Source: Alloascoidea hylecoeti | Taxonomy: Eukaryota | Length of the DNA stretch: 62,754 bases | Direction: 5' to 3' | Assembly: GCA_001600815.1 (NCBI GenBank) | Contig: BCKZ01000039.1 | Span: 1 to 62,754, forward strand | Shown: positions 12,235-25,333 of the stretch, one piece after another | How positions within the stretch are numbered: position 1 is the first letter of the stretch | How the letters are laid out: every line of letters begins with the position of its first letter | The notes under the pieces: model-generated | Databases searched by the model: none | Told to the model about the DNA's origin: nothing | The model's input: the letters and a program-made list of their open reading frames with translations, nothing else | Translations under genes and position numbers: made by a program

Positions 12235-12963
12235 TGGATAAATCAGATCAAGGAGATAAAGCAAGTTTTATTACTCCTCCACAGTTCTTGAACACTTAAA
12301 CTATTAATATTCGAACTGGAATTCAAACATCTAAGAGAAAAAAAGTTCTAATTGAAAATACTTTTCTTAAGATAACGAAAAAAATATGTGGGTTTGATTA
12401 ATATAATAGCTAGCAAAAAACCATACGAAAATACATAAAAAGAAAATGTTAAACAAAGATTATCAGAATTATGAAATTAAGTAGATTTTAATAATATAGT
12501 TTATGATAATTTATCCTTGTTGATGATTTTGTAAGTTGTGGTTGCAACAGAACAATGTTGTGGTATTCGAGTGGTATATACCGTTTAGGGTATAGTTATA
12601 GATAATTACATCAAAACTTTTACTCAGAGAAAAAGGAGATTTTTCTAGATATCTTGTTAACAAAATATGAATGAATTTTAAAGAAATATTTAAAAACGTA
12701 TTTCCAATTACATCTATCTATAACTATACATGTACACCGTTAATATATTACACAATGTAGTTGAATAATAATGATATCAATGAATACATGAAATAACAGT
12801 TACAATTACAAGTTTGTAATAATCAGATAATACTAATATATTAATCATAGTAATATATATATAAGTTATACGTATACCAAATATATATGATATAACTAAT
12901 AACAATAAACAACTGCAGATAATAATAATAATTAACAACAATAAGCAAAAAAGAGATATATGT

Positions 12964-12967
<4 letters not shown>

Positions 12968-13047
<80 letters not shown>
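12968..13047. repeat. (AAT)~26 microsatellite
   Basis: Pure trinucleotide run. Confidence 0.97.
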
Positions 13048-13912
13048 GTAAATTGTAGTAATTGTAAATAGTAATAATAAAAAAGGAAAAGGAAAAGAAA
13101 ATCAAAATCAAATATAACTTTTTTTTATACAATTGGAATATAATAATATCAATATTAATTGTTAAAAAGTTTATATCAATATTTTAATATATCAAAATAA
13201 CATAAATGATTATGATTAGTTTTAAAAAAGTTTTTTTAAAAAATGACAATGAAAATGATAATGAACGATGGGAATAATCAATAAAAGATAGAGCAAAACC
13301 ATCAATTTAGACCAAGTTTTAAAAAAAGTATGTTATACTGGTATTCATATATGGATTTCTAGTAATAATAAAAATAGTATAAGAGAAGTGGGAATAAATA
13401 TAATAATAGAAAAAAAATAGTAAATAGTAAATTTTAAATTGTAAATTGTGATTATGGGTGAAGATAATGTATATAATAATCAAATCAAATCAAATGATAT
13501 TAACGAATAACTGCGGGTATATCTTTTTAAAACAATAAGGCTTTCATTTGAATTTTCAATAATAATTATAAAAAATGGGATATAAAAGCAATTAATGATA
13601 ACTTAATAATCTTTAAATTTAAATTTGATTGGGAAAATAACTTGCCATGTGAATCTTTGTGGAAAATGATCTAATTAACGTTATAATTATGATAATGATA
13701 TGATACGATATTGATAAAATAAAAAGAAAATAAAAAGTAAAAGATAACAAGTCATGATCATGAAAAAAGATGATAATAAAAACCATAAGTTTTGAAATAT
13801 TAATCGATAAATAACAATTAAAAGAAAAGGTCAAAATCTTTGTAATTGTTTAGATAATATGATAATGATGCGATGATAAGTTAAATTAAGTCTTCATTTT
13901 TGCAATTTTTAT

Positions 13913-15463
13913 TTATATATAACTTTCATGATCACCATTATTCTTTTTAGGATCAGATTTATTTTGATTATAATTATGATTATTGTAATTATTACTTGAA
14001 TGGGTTCTTGTTTCTGAACTATGTCTTGAATTGTTATTATTATAATTATTATTATAATTATAATTATTTGACATTTGAGTATAGTTTCCTTGAGCAGGAA
14101 TATAAGCTTGGGGCTGATAATATTGATTTTGAATAATTGGATAAGCAGTTTGTTGTAATTGATCTTGATAATAACCAACTTGTACTGGTACAGCAGTTTG
14201 AGTTGGCATACCAGTTGGAACACCTTGAGGAATACCAGTAGGGACACCTTGAGGAATACCATTTGGTACATTTGTTGTAATACCATTTGATACAGATATT
14301 GGTTGTAATATTGGAGCCATTTGAATTTGATTTGATAAATTCATATTTAATTGAGGATTATTTAAATTATTTGTTGGAATATTGTTAAAATTATTTGAAG
14401 TATTATTTTGTGAACGACCCCAAGATAATCGAACTCTTGAATTTCCAATTGGATAACCGTGCATTCTTGATATTGCAGTTTCAGCAGATTGTCTTGTTAC
14501 AAATTGAACAAATCCGCAACCTTTACCAGCAGGAATTTTAACATAAGTAATTTCACCAAATGCAGAGAATAAAATTCTTAATTCTTCTTCGGATACATTT
14601 GAAGATAAACCACCAACAAAAATTGTTGTATTGTTTGGATCAGGGTATCTTGACATTTGAGATGGATAATAAGAAGGCTCCGATTGAATTGTTGGATTTG
14701 TATTATGATGAACAGCAACTTGAGCGTGTTGATGTAATAAACTTGCTACTTGAGCATTTTTACTTTGATTTTTTGGAGTAGCAATTGATATTCTCATTGG
14801 TCTACTTCCACAATAAAAACCTTGCATTTCAGTAATTGCTCTTTGTTGTTCTTGTTCATTTGAAAACCTTACAAAACCATAACATCTTGAAGCACCAGTA
14901 ACAGGATCCGTCATAATTTTAGCCATTTTACAACTTGGATATCTTGATTGGAAAAGAGTGTGTAATTGTAATTCCGTGGTCTCCGGAGGCAAGTCACCAA
15001 CAAAAATGCTATATTCAGCCGGTCTATCTTCTTTTCTGTCTTGTAAACCTCCACCCGAAGCCCAGTTGAGTTTGAAACTTTTGTTTGAATTCGGAATGGG
15101 AGAACCATCATAAGTAAGTCCCGTGGCAGCTTCTTCATAGGAACCGAAATCGACAAAACAATAACCCTGAGAAACCCCAGTATATTTATCTCTGATGACT
15201 TTGACGACTACATCGTCGAAACCGTAGGAGGACCAAACCTGCTGAATGAAGTTCTCATCGGTCCAAGGGTCCAATTCTCCCATCCAAAGTGCCGTTTTAG
15301 CGGTGTCGGGTTGTGGCTGAGGGATGGGGCCCACATTGATGGAACCTACCGAGATGGGTCCTGAAACGGGGATGGAGATGGGGACGGGGACGATGGCGGG
15401 GACGGAGGGGACGGGCTGAGTTTGCGACGGTTGCTGCTCATTCGAAGGAGATGAAGAAATCAT
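13913..15463 (-). CDS. NAM8: Triple-RRM RNA-binding protein, Nam8/Ngr1/Csx1 family
   Basis: LWMGELDPW..GYCFVDF; EYSIFVGDL..CYGFVRF; DPNNTTIFVGGL..KGCGFVQF..RVRLSWGRS. First ATG at 15463. NAM8 vs NGR1 not fully resolved. Confidence 0.85.
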   Translation of the reverse strand: MISSSPSNEQQPSQTQPVPSVPAIVPVPISIPVSGPISVGSINVGPIPQPQPDTAKTALWMGELDPWTDENFIQQVWSSYGFDDVVVKVIRDKYTGVSQGYCFVDFGSYEEAATGLTYDGSPIPNSNKSFKLNWASGGGLQDRKEDRPAEYSIFVGDLPPETTELQLHTLFQSRYPSCKMAKIMTDPVTGASRCYGFVRFSNEQEQQRAITEMQGFYCGSRPMRISIATPKNQSKNAQVASLLHQHAQVAVHHNTNPTIQSEPSYYPSQMSRYPDPNNTTIFVGGLSSNVSEEELRILFSAFGEITYVKIPAGKGCGFVQFVTRQSAETAISRMHGYPIGNSRVRLSWGRSQNNTSNNFNNIPTNNLNNPQLNMNLSNQIQMAPILQPISVSNGITTNVPNGIPQGVPTGIPQGVPTGMPTQTAVPVQVGYYQDQLQQTAYPIIQNQYYQPQAYIPAQGNYTQMSNNYNYNNNYNNNNSRHSSETRTHSSNNYNNHNYNQNKSDPKKNNGDHESYI

Positions 15464-15897
15464 TCTTTTATAAATAGAATAAGGAATATTAAAACAATAA
15501 ATTAAACAGATAAAAAATAGATAATTAATCAATTATATTTTTATTTCAATTGCAAAACTTTCAAACAATCAAAAAAAATAAAAATAAAAATAAAATTTAA
15601 AAAGAAACAAAATTTAAAAAAAAAGATGTCAGAAAAAAAGTTTATTATTCCCAAATTAATAAAATGGAAAAATATTTCAATAAAAATAATTTATAATTTA
15701 ATTTATTTTCGTAACAGAAATGCAAATAGAAAAAATCAATTGCAAATTTGTAAAATAGTTAATAAAATAGAATAAATATAAACAAATCAGAATATGAATA
15801 TAAATATGAATATAAATACGAATATAAATATAAATATGAAGATAAATATAAACACTTATATATAATTAAATTTAATTATAATTACGTAAGAGTCGCA

Positions 15898-15905
15898 CAC
15901 GTGAC
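15898..15905 (-). promoter_or_regulatory. Cbf1/Tye7-type E-box GTCACGTG in the NAM8-AME1 divergent promoter
   Basis: CACGTGAC ~65 bp upstream of the AME1 ATG; consensus match only. Confidence 0.4.
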
Positions 15906-15969
15906 CCCATCTGTTTTTTGCTTGTTTTTTATCATTTAAATTCAATTTGTATCAAAAACTTCAAATAAA

Positions 15970-17782
15970 ATGTCTTCTCGTTTGGAAAAATTAAAGAAGC
16001 GAACCAGAGGGGCTGGGTATGTTTACAGCTGGTACTGAAATGTGTATATTTTTTATTAATTAATATAATAGTCTCCGCCAGGTTCAAGCCGATATAACTT
16101 TTGGAACTCCAAAGAGAATTCAAACCCCTAAAAAACCCCTTAAACAAACCCCTAAAATTTCAAATAATTTCCAGAATGTTACTTCACAACTTCCAGAACT
16201 TCCAGAAGTTTCAAATAACAAATCCCAAGCTTCGTCGCGTCATAGTCAAAATGTTCAAAATGTTCAAGTTCAAAGTAGTACAAGAAAAACACCAAAACAC
16301 GCGTTAAATTCTTCATCTGTTAAACATAATAATAGTACGCGACGAAAACTTACTTCTAGTAATATTTCAAAAAAATCAAAAATTATACCTAATATTAATA
16401 ATTCATCTATAAAAAAATTAAAAACGACAAAATTAAAAGGTAAAAAAGTATATTCTCCTACTCAATCTCAATCTCAATCTGTAAACAAAACAAAATCCAT
16501 AACTCGTAGCTCGATTACTCAAGCAAATGGAAAGGAAAAAGCAAAAGAATTAAAATTACCAAAACCAAATAAAACAATAACAACTCCTATATCAAATATA
16601 TCAACAAATCCTTCTAGTAGGACTAGAACCAGGACTATAAGTCCCAATCAATCTGATAAATCTACTACTAAATCGAATAATACCAAATCAAGTGGTACTA
16701 AATCAAGTGATAGAAAGAGAAGAGTTTCTAAAAAATCAACATCCATTCTTAAATCTTTATCGAATGATAATGAAAACGAATTACAAATAAATGAGAATGA
16801 AAAGGAAACTGAAAATGAAGATGAGGAACCACGATTGCGTCCTCGAAGATCTGCGCGTAAAACAAGGAGAGGGCTAATAAGTAGAAAAGTTCCTGTTTTA
16901 GAAGTTGTTCCTGAGGAACCATCGGAGTCAGAATCATTTTCTTCAGACTCAGAATCATTTTCTTCAGATTCAGAATCAAATTCAGAAATAGCCTCAACTT
17001 CAACTTTAAAACCAAAACCAAAATCAAAGTCAAAATCGAAATCGAAATCAACTTCAAATTCAGCTTCAAATTCAAAATCAAATAAAAGAAAATTTGATCT
17101 TGATTTTGATTTTGATAATTTTCAAATTCCCCCAAAAAAGCAAAAAGCATCTCACATATCAGTAAACATTCTTCGAATTCCAGCTTTAAACAATGGCTCA
17201 TCATCAAAATTAACATCATTAGATTTAATACTACAAATTTTATCAGAATATATAACATTTATATTAGAAGATTTAAAAACAAATAATCAAAAAAATAAAC
17301 AAATATTAATTCAATCATTATTAAAATTTAAAGATTATTTATTAACTCATTGGATTCAATTAATTGATTATAATATAACAATAATTGAATTAAAAAATAA
17401 AATTAAAAATATAAATAATTTAAAATTTAAAAAAAGAAATGAATTATTTCAATTAAGATTAAAACAAAATGATGTTAATTCAAAAATTGAAATTATTAGA
17501 AATAATTTTAAAAATTTTAAAAAATCACATAATGAATTAAATGAAATTGATGAATTTTTATATAATTTAAAAAATTCAATTGATAATAATGATAATAATT
17601 TAAAAGAAATTGAAAATGATAAAAATGATGATGAAAATGATAAAAAATTTACATTGAATAATGTTAGAAAACAATTAATTGATATATCAAAAGAAATTGA
17701 TACAGATTGGGGAACTTTAGAACAACTCAAAGATTTTAATAGCAAACTAACAAATTTGGATATGATATTAACACCACCATGA
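15970..17782 (+). CDS. AME1: Inner kinetochore protein Ame1/CENP-U; intron 16017-16071
   Basis: Splicing GTATGT...TATTAAT...TAG gives MSSRLEKLKKRTRGAGLRQVQADITFG (fungal Ame1 RxRGAG motif), in frame with the 16835 ORF; LTSLDLILQI and a C-terminal coiled coil follow. Confidence 0.75.
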
Positions 17783-18304
17783 AAATATAAAGAAATGAAT
17801 ATAATGGGGAATAATATATTTGAAGGATTTTACTGCCTATTCCGGTAATCATATCCCCAAATCGCTACTTTCATATTCTTGCATATTGTTTTGATCAAAA
17901 TAAAAATGTTTTCCATTTTAATAGTTAATGTTATGGGAAAATATTATAAAACTGTTTGAAGAAACTGAAGAAGAAGTTATAAAACATTAATAAAAAAACA
18001 AAACTAAAGGAATTAGTTATAAACAGATAAATATTATTAATTAGCAGAAGGAAATACTTATATGCATAAATTATAATTTATTTTTATAGTTTTTATAAGG
18101 AACTTAAAATTCATATAGATATCAAAACAATTAACTACAAGTAATTTCACCTTATATCTATCTTTAATTATTAATTTTTAATATCATTACAAATTTTCCT
18201 CTCTCTTTTTTTTTAAGTATTTATTTATATTCCGCTTTTATTACATTATTGCAATCATTGTCTTATCTTATCTATAAATTTTGATATATGATTATTTGCC
18301 TAGT

Positions 18305-19274
18305 ATGGAGACATCAATAAAGGGGAGTCCTTCAACTCCGAATTCAAATTCAAGTCCCAATTCAAATTCAAATCAAAACACGATTCCAAGGAAACAAAAT
18401 AAATCAAGGAATGGTAAGTTTTTAAATTCTTTATTTTCTTTCTTTTATTATATTTGGTTTCTAATTTATTATTAGGCTGCGTAACATGTAAGAAAAAAAG
18501 ACTTAAATGTGATGAATCAAAGCCAGAATGTTTAAATTGTGTTAAAAGAGGTCATAAATGTGGTGGTTATGCTAAATCTTATAAATGGAAATCTTTTGAT
18601 GAAATAACAAGTTATAAACAGATTAAAAAAGAAAGGAAAAATGCTAAAAAATCACAACAACAAGATGATGAAACAAGTAATAAAAATGGGAATAGAAAAA
18701 GTCAAAGTGTGAGTCAGAGTCCTTCACCAAATCCTTCGATATCTAGTCATAATACTTCAATATCTGGTCGTAATGCTCCAATATCTGGTCATAATCCTTT
18801 AATATCTTCTAGTTATAATATTAATACCTCAGACCAAGATCTACAATCTATATCATCGATTAATAGTCCTTTACAACAATCTACATCAAAAAATACACAA
18901 TCGCCTGCTAGTGTTTCAAGTGTTATCGAACAAGCAATAAATGAAGCCTCGATTAGTGTTGTTGGTAAATCTTCATTACAACTTGCAAAATCAATTGAAA
19001 AGTCAGAAGGACCACCCGAGCCGCGTTCTACTGATAACAACAATAATGATAATTCTAATTCACCATCAATAACAAGAAGGCGTAGATTTTCTAATAATAG
19101 TAACAGTATTAAATCTAATCGAAATAATCATTATAATAATGGTCATAAATCTTCATCATCATACCCTGAACCAATTCATCCAAGTCCAAAACAAAATCCA
19201 AGACCAAGTCCATTAATTAAATCAGTTAGTTTAAATTCAATAAATATCCCAAAACATAATACAAACAATAGCAA

Positions 19275-19361
<87 letters not shown>

Positions 19362-22155
19362 TTTATTATTGCCATCACCAAAAACTTTTACACAATTACC
19401 ATCAATTTCACAAAATAATTCTCCATTTCTTAATGGATTTAATGGTAATATTTCATTTGATAATGATATTTCTCAACATCTTAATTCAAATATTAAATAT
19501 ACTGGAAATGAACAACAACAATCAATTCTTAATGCTCCATCTCCATTTGCTTTAAGTCCTGGTGGTATGAATTTGCCATCACCTTTTAATTTTGGACCTT
19601 CTGGATTTTCATTTTCAGGATTAGAATCAATGGATATAAAACAACAACAACATGATATAAAAGATAATATTATTAATAATAAACATGTTAAACATGAACA
19701 GCGATTAGAAGATGCAGAAGCAAATCTTAAAATTCTTAGTAATATTGCTACTACATCAACAATAAATATTGATTCACCAATTGTTGAAGAAAAAACAAGT
19801 CCTGGAAGTAGTGATGGTTCAAATAGTTCATTTAATGTTTATCAATCACAATTAATTGGATTTCAAAATCGTCATGGTCATCATGGTCATCATGGTCATC
19901 ATGGTCATGATCATAATCATCAACAAGATCATCAAGATAATTTAAATTCAAATTCTATAGAAGAAATTGAAAAAGATAATGAAAAATTAGAAGAAGAAAT
20001 TGAAAATGAAAATAATGCATTATCTTCTCATGAAGATCCACCTTCACATGTTGATATTTTTGATGAAGAAATTAATAAAAAAAATAATACAATTAGTACT
20101 ATTCAAAATCATTATGAAATTTCACCTCAATTTTCAACAACAAGCAGTAATAATAATCAAGATATTTGGCTTCAAAATTTAATGGCAATGAGTAATTTAA
20201 AACAAAATGGTAATAATAATGGTTCAAATTTAAGCTCTCCATATTTTTCATTTTCACCATCATCACCGGGATCAATATCAATGTCAAGATCATTAACACC
20301 ATCTCCAGGTCCTTCTACTTCAAATATTGATAATATTCAATATTCAATACCACATCAATATCTTAGAACAGAAACAGAAACAATTTTTAATTCATTTGAT
20401 AGATATACGTCAGCAATTTTATCAATTAAAAATGGTCCAACAGAAAATCCATGGAGAACAGTAATAAGACCATTAGCACAAAGATATTCAGTTGTATTTC
20501 ATTCAGTTGCAGCAATGACTTTATTTCATACAGCAAGAGGTAATAAAGAAATTCGAGATTCGGGTGCAAATCATATGAAATTAGCAATATTAGAATTAGC
20601 TGAAAAATTAAGTAATAATCAATTACCTTATGATGTTGCAGTTGCGACATGTATTGTTTTAGCAATTGCTGAATGTTGGGATAAAACAATTACAACTGGT
20701 ATTGCTCATTTAAGAGGTGCAAAATCAATGATTACAAAAGTTTTAGAAAGTTATAAACGTAAACAACAATATGAATTTTTAGAATCAAATAGGAATATGA
20801 ATAATAATAATGAAATAGAAAGAAATAATAATAATTCTTCATTATCACCATTATCAAATAATAAACAATTAGAAACTGATGTTAATTCAGGTTATGTTAA
20901 AATAAATAAAAGTTTAAGATTTTTATTTAATTCATGGGTTTATTTTGATGTTTTAGCAAGAATTACTTCTGATACACCTGATGATAATGGAACATCAATA
21001 TGGGGATCTAAAAAAAATGAAAATAAAAATGAAAATGAAAATGATAATAATAAAAATGAACGTAAACATGATCGTGAATTTGATTCAGGATCTGGATCAA
21101 TATTTGATAAACAATCACCATCATCATTAAATTGGTCAAAAACTAGTTTACCCGCTTGGTTTTCACCAAAATTACAACATGCAGTTTTTGATGATGATGA
21201 AAATGATAATGATAATGATATTCTTGGATCAAAAAGAAATAAAAATTCATTTTCTTTTGAATCGTCAAATAAAAGATCAAAATCAAATAATTTTAAAAAT
21301 AATCAACATAAAAGATCAAATTCAAAAGTTGATTTAAGTGAACAATTTGAATATATTAATATGAAACCTGGTGAAATTGATCCATTATTAGGTTGTTCAC
21401 AAACATTATTTCCAATAATTGGTAGAGTTGCAACATTTGTTTGTAAAGTTAAAAAAGAAAAAAAAAATACTTTAACAACTGTTTCAACAGCTGTTGAATT
21501 AAAACATCAATTAGAAAATTGGAAAGCAACTCCTTTTAGAATTGAAAAAGTTGAAGATCCAAATTGGGATATAACTTCATGTATTTCAACTGCTGAAGCT
21601 TATAGATTATCAACTTTATTATATCTTCATCAGGCTGTTCCTGAAATTCCCTCACCAACAAGTCATGAATTGGCAGAAAAGACATTAATGTTATTAGCAT
21701 CTATTCCTTCAACAAGTAGAACATGTACCCTTCATATTTATCCTTTATTTGTTGCAGGTTGTGAAGCAAGTTCTGGAGAAGAAAGAGACTGGGTAAGGGA
21801 AAGATGGGGATTGATGTCTAGTAAATTATGGATTGGTAATGTTGATCGAGTAATAGAAGTTATCAAAGAAGTTTGGTTTAGAAAAGATGTTTATAAGAAA
21901 GAATCTGAAAAAAGAAAATTCCGCCAGGCGCAAACAGAAAATATGCTCAATAATAATAATAATGGTGGTGGTAGTAGTAATTATAGTAATCTCAATATTC
22001 AACATGAAAGTTTAGCAAGTAGGATTGCAACAATTGCAGCTGAAGCAAGTGGTCGACAAAGAGAAACAAGAGATTTTGAAGAAGAAAAGATAAGTAGTTG
22101 GACTCATTGGAGTACTGTGATGAAAGATTGGGGTTGGGAAGTATTATTAGGATAA
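18305..22155 (+). CDS. Zn(II)2Cys6 transcription factor with Fungal_trans_2-type domain; intron 18414-18475
   Basis: Splicing GTAAGT...TTCTAAT...TAG joins KSRNG|CVTCKKKRLKCDESKPECLNCVKRGHKC; ENPWR, FNSWVYFDVLAR, IDPLLG, HWSTVMKDWGWEVLLG. Confidence 0.92.
19276..19356 (+). repeat. (AAC)14(AAT)13 coding microsatellite (poly-Asn ~27)
   Basis: Direct inspection. Confidence 0.95.
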
Positions 22156-22572
22156 AATGACTTCAAATATATTCATAATTTATAAATGAGCATAATTTTA
22201 TTTCTCTTTTCGGTATATCTTATCCGCACTCAGTAGGTGTCTATTTTCTCCTATAATTTCCCTTTACAATTTCACCTAAATTTCAGAAAAATATAACATA
22301 AGCTGAATATTAGCAAATTTAAATGTAAATCCTGTCATACATAAACATTTTTCTACGTACCCTGAGACTACCTAGATAGTTCGATCATACCATAATATAA
22401 TTATTAGCTATTATTGCATTTCTGTCGATTATTTACACGAAAGTTTAGTAGTCTTTTTGGCGTAAAATCTACGTAACTCATGTGCGGATATAGTTTTGAA
22501 GTCCACCGAAACTTTGTTATCATATTATTGAAGTATTCCATTTCTATTTCATTTACCGTAATTAAGGTGACA

Positions 22573-22615
22573 TACCAATACCCTGCAAAAGAATTTCTTT
22601 TGCAGGGTATTGGTA
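22573..22615. repeat. Perfect 43-bp palindrome (21-bp arms, 1-nt centre)
   Basis: TACCAATACCCTGCAAAAGAA-T-TTCTTTTGCAGGGTATTGGTA. Confidence 0.97.
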
Positions 22616-22701
22616 CATGTACATCACACCAGTTCGCTCAACTCTTCTGTTCACATTCTATATGGACCTTGAGCTAGAACAACTTTAGCATTCAATTTGA
22701 A

Positions 22702-23843
22702 ATGCTTTCAAATTTAATCACACATACAGTATCATTTAAACTTCCTCCGGCTGCTACTATTAAAGTCTTGTACTTTGTTAGGCATTGCACTCAGGCAAGC
22801 ACCGCTATAAGATCGGTGGTATCAACTAGCACTGATCGTGATAGTAACAGCAACTTAAACAAGAAAACCGGATCAACATATTCATCTTTAAAAGATGATT
22901 TGCATTACTTTACGATTCCATCTGTTCAACCAAGAACACAATTACAAGAATTAGGAATAAACTTTAGAAAACCAAAATTATTTACATTTGATGCTTTTGG
23001 AACATTATATCATCCCTTACATTCAACAGCTTATCAATATTGTAAGGTCTCCAATGATATATTTGGGTATAATGTACCTTTAGAATATATTGAACAAAAC
23101 TTTTTAAAAAGTATGTAACATATTAATAAGTTATGCGATAAATTATGATTTTAATGATTTTCATATTCTTTATAGGTTTTTATGAACTTGAAGCAAAACA
23201 TCCAAATTATGGTAAAAGAACAGGACTTAAAATTCATGATTGGTGGTATAAATTAGTTGAAATGACTTTTTTAAAATATGAAATATCACCTGAATGTATT
23301 AATTTTATACTTGAATATTTTTTAACAAAACAACCATATTATTCAAATAATGATTTAATTCCATTTTTAATTAAATTAAAACAAAATAATATTATTTCAA
23401 TTGTCATTAGTAATGCTGATACAAGAGTTAAGTATATTTTAGATTCTTTTAAAGTTTTGGATTTTTTTAAAGATGTTTTTGTTTCTTATGATACTGAAAT
23501 TTTAAAACCTGATCCAAGAATTTTTAAAAAAGTAACTGAAAAATATTTTCCAGGTTATAAGAATCTTAATGAATCTTCAAAATTAATAATAAATAAAAGG
23601 GAAAATTTTGACAATACAAAATATACATCTGATATGATATTTTGGCATATTGGAGATGATATCGAAAAGGATTTTCATGGTTCAGTAAATAGTGGAAGAT
23701 TTGGAGGTATATTATTAGATCGGCATCGTCAATCGAAATATTTTGATAATGTTGATGTTGAAACAGAATATGTTATTGTTGATGATAAAAGAATTGTAGT
23801 TACTTCTTTAATTGTTTTAGGTGATATATTTCCATTGAAATGA
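22702..23843 (+). CDS. HAD-superfamily hydrolase (HDHD3/YMR130W-like), probable mitochondrial leader; intron 23111-23175
   Basis: TFDAFGTLY, HPNYG, ISNADTR, KPDPRIF, WHIGDD..KD; a GTATGT...TAG intron joins the two ORFs in frame. Confidence 0.88.
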
Positions 23844-24029
23844 AATAAGTATTGTAATTATTGATATATATTTTATAATTAACTATATAAGGACTAGGAC
23901 TATATGACAACATCTTTATGATTTTCAAATTTCACGGTGACCGATTGAAAGCTAGTATATTTATCATCATTCGGAATCGGTATCCACTCTTTTTTGGCTG
24001 TACAACTTTGGACATCCATGCTTATTCAC

Positions 24030-24752
24030 GCTTTAGTTTGTCTTGAAACTCCAGATCCACCTGTCATATCAATAATAAATTCAATGTATTCTTCAACATT
24101 TAATATTTAGATCTTCATTTTCATGTTTTAATCCTAATTCAATATCTAGTATAAGGGATCGATAATTGACCTAATGGAGTATTGTTTATTAAAATATCAG
24201 AATCTTCATTAATATCAGTTCCATTTCGTTCTAATCTTCTCTTTTCATCAACATATTCCATTAAAAATTTTAAATTTTTATAAAGTCCAATATCAACAAG
24301 TTTAATACTTTCTAATCCAATTGGTATTTCATTCCCNAATATAGCTCTATGAGCTAATGNNAAAAATAAACTACTAAAATTNAAATCAACAATTCTANTA
24401 TCCAATAAAGATCTTGCNATAAATTTACCCAAAATATTAAAAAATCCAATAATTTTTTTCCCATTTTCACTTTTTGACATATTTTCATCCATTGGTGCAG
24501 GAAATAATCCAAATTTTGAAAAAACATATCTACTTTTATTATCATTAATATTATCATTTTCACCTTCACCNTCTCTCCATAATTTTAATTTCTTTTGACA
24601 AAATTCTTTTGAAACATTTGCATAAAATTCTTGAGTTGGACCTAATCCAGTACCAGCTTCATCAAAATATTCAATTTCTAATACATTTGGTTCAGGACCA
24701 TATAAATCCATAACTTTCATTGCACTGTGAATTAATTGTCTTCTTGAAATGA
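24030..24752 (-). pseudogene. UFD4: Internal fragment of a Ufd4-type HECT ubiquitin ligase
   Basis: ISRRQLIHSAMKVMDLYG, LEIEYFDEAGTGLGPTQEFY, GLFPAPM, LGKFXARSLLD; frameshifts near 24140; no N-terminus and no catalytic C-lobe. Confidence 0.85.
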
Positions 24753-25238
24753 CTGTGTTAATTAATTAATTTTTCATCCACAATACCAATACATATTCTA
24801 CATGGTGTAAGCTTTATATTAATCATAATGCGACTGTGGATTAGTGCTCAATGTTAAAGAAAAACGTATTAATTCATTAAATTTCTTTTTCATTTGTTCA
24901 AGCCTTTTTATCGTCTCAGCAGCTGCCATATAGATGCTTGGGGAAATCCATCTAAAGCCAATTTGTTCACACTATCCGACTATACCATAAAAAATGGATC
25001 TCGAAACTTTCAATTATTGTATATTTTTCAACTAATCAAGATGTTTGAAAATTGCTATACTAATAAGCTCTAGCCATCGGTTGAAGAGTATGGTTCAAAC
25101 TAAGCTTATAATCATAAGCTTAAAGTTTTATTTGTACAATATATTAATCATAATCATAATTATGTAGGAGTGAGCTTGAATAGGTAAAAATAAGTTGACA
25201 TAACTATAGGCCTAGGTATCGATATCCATCTCTATTAT

Positions 25239-25333
25239 TATTAGATGGGAATCTAGCAGATCAGGAACAAATTTAAATATTGATCTAAAAAAATACAAAT
25301 AACCAAAATTAATTAGATTTTTAGCTCAATCGT
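25239..25333. repeat. Inverted partner of 1-95
   Basis: Exact reverse complement. Confidence 0.97.

Noticed and set aside
15540..15905. Point-centromere-like GTCACGTG beside an AT-rich tract
   Set aside because: No CDEIII-like CCG element at the expected distance; the site is a divergent promoter and the lineage does not look like Saccharomycetaceae
25205..25255. Helitron-like 3' end (CCATCT/AGATGG hairpin then CTAG on the minus strand)
   Set aside because: Stem is only 6 bp, CTAG is not followed by T, and the copy at the window start lacks it
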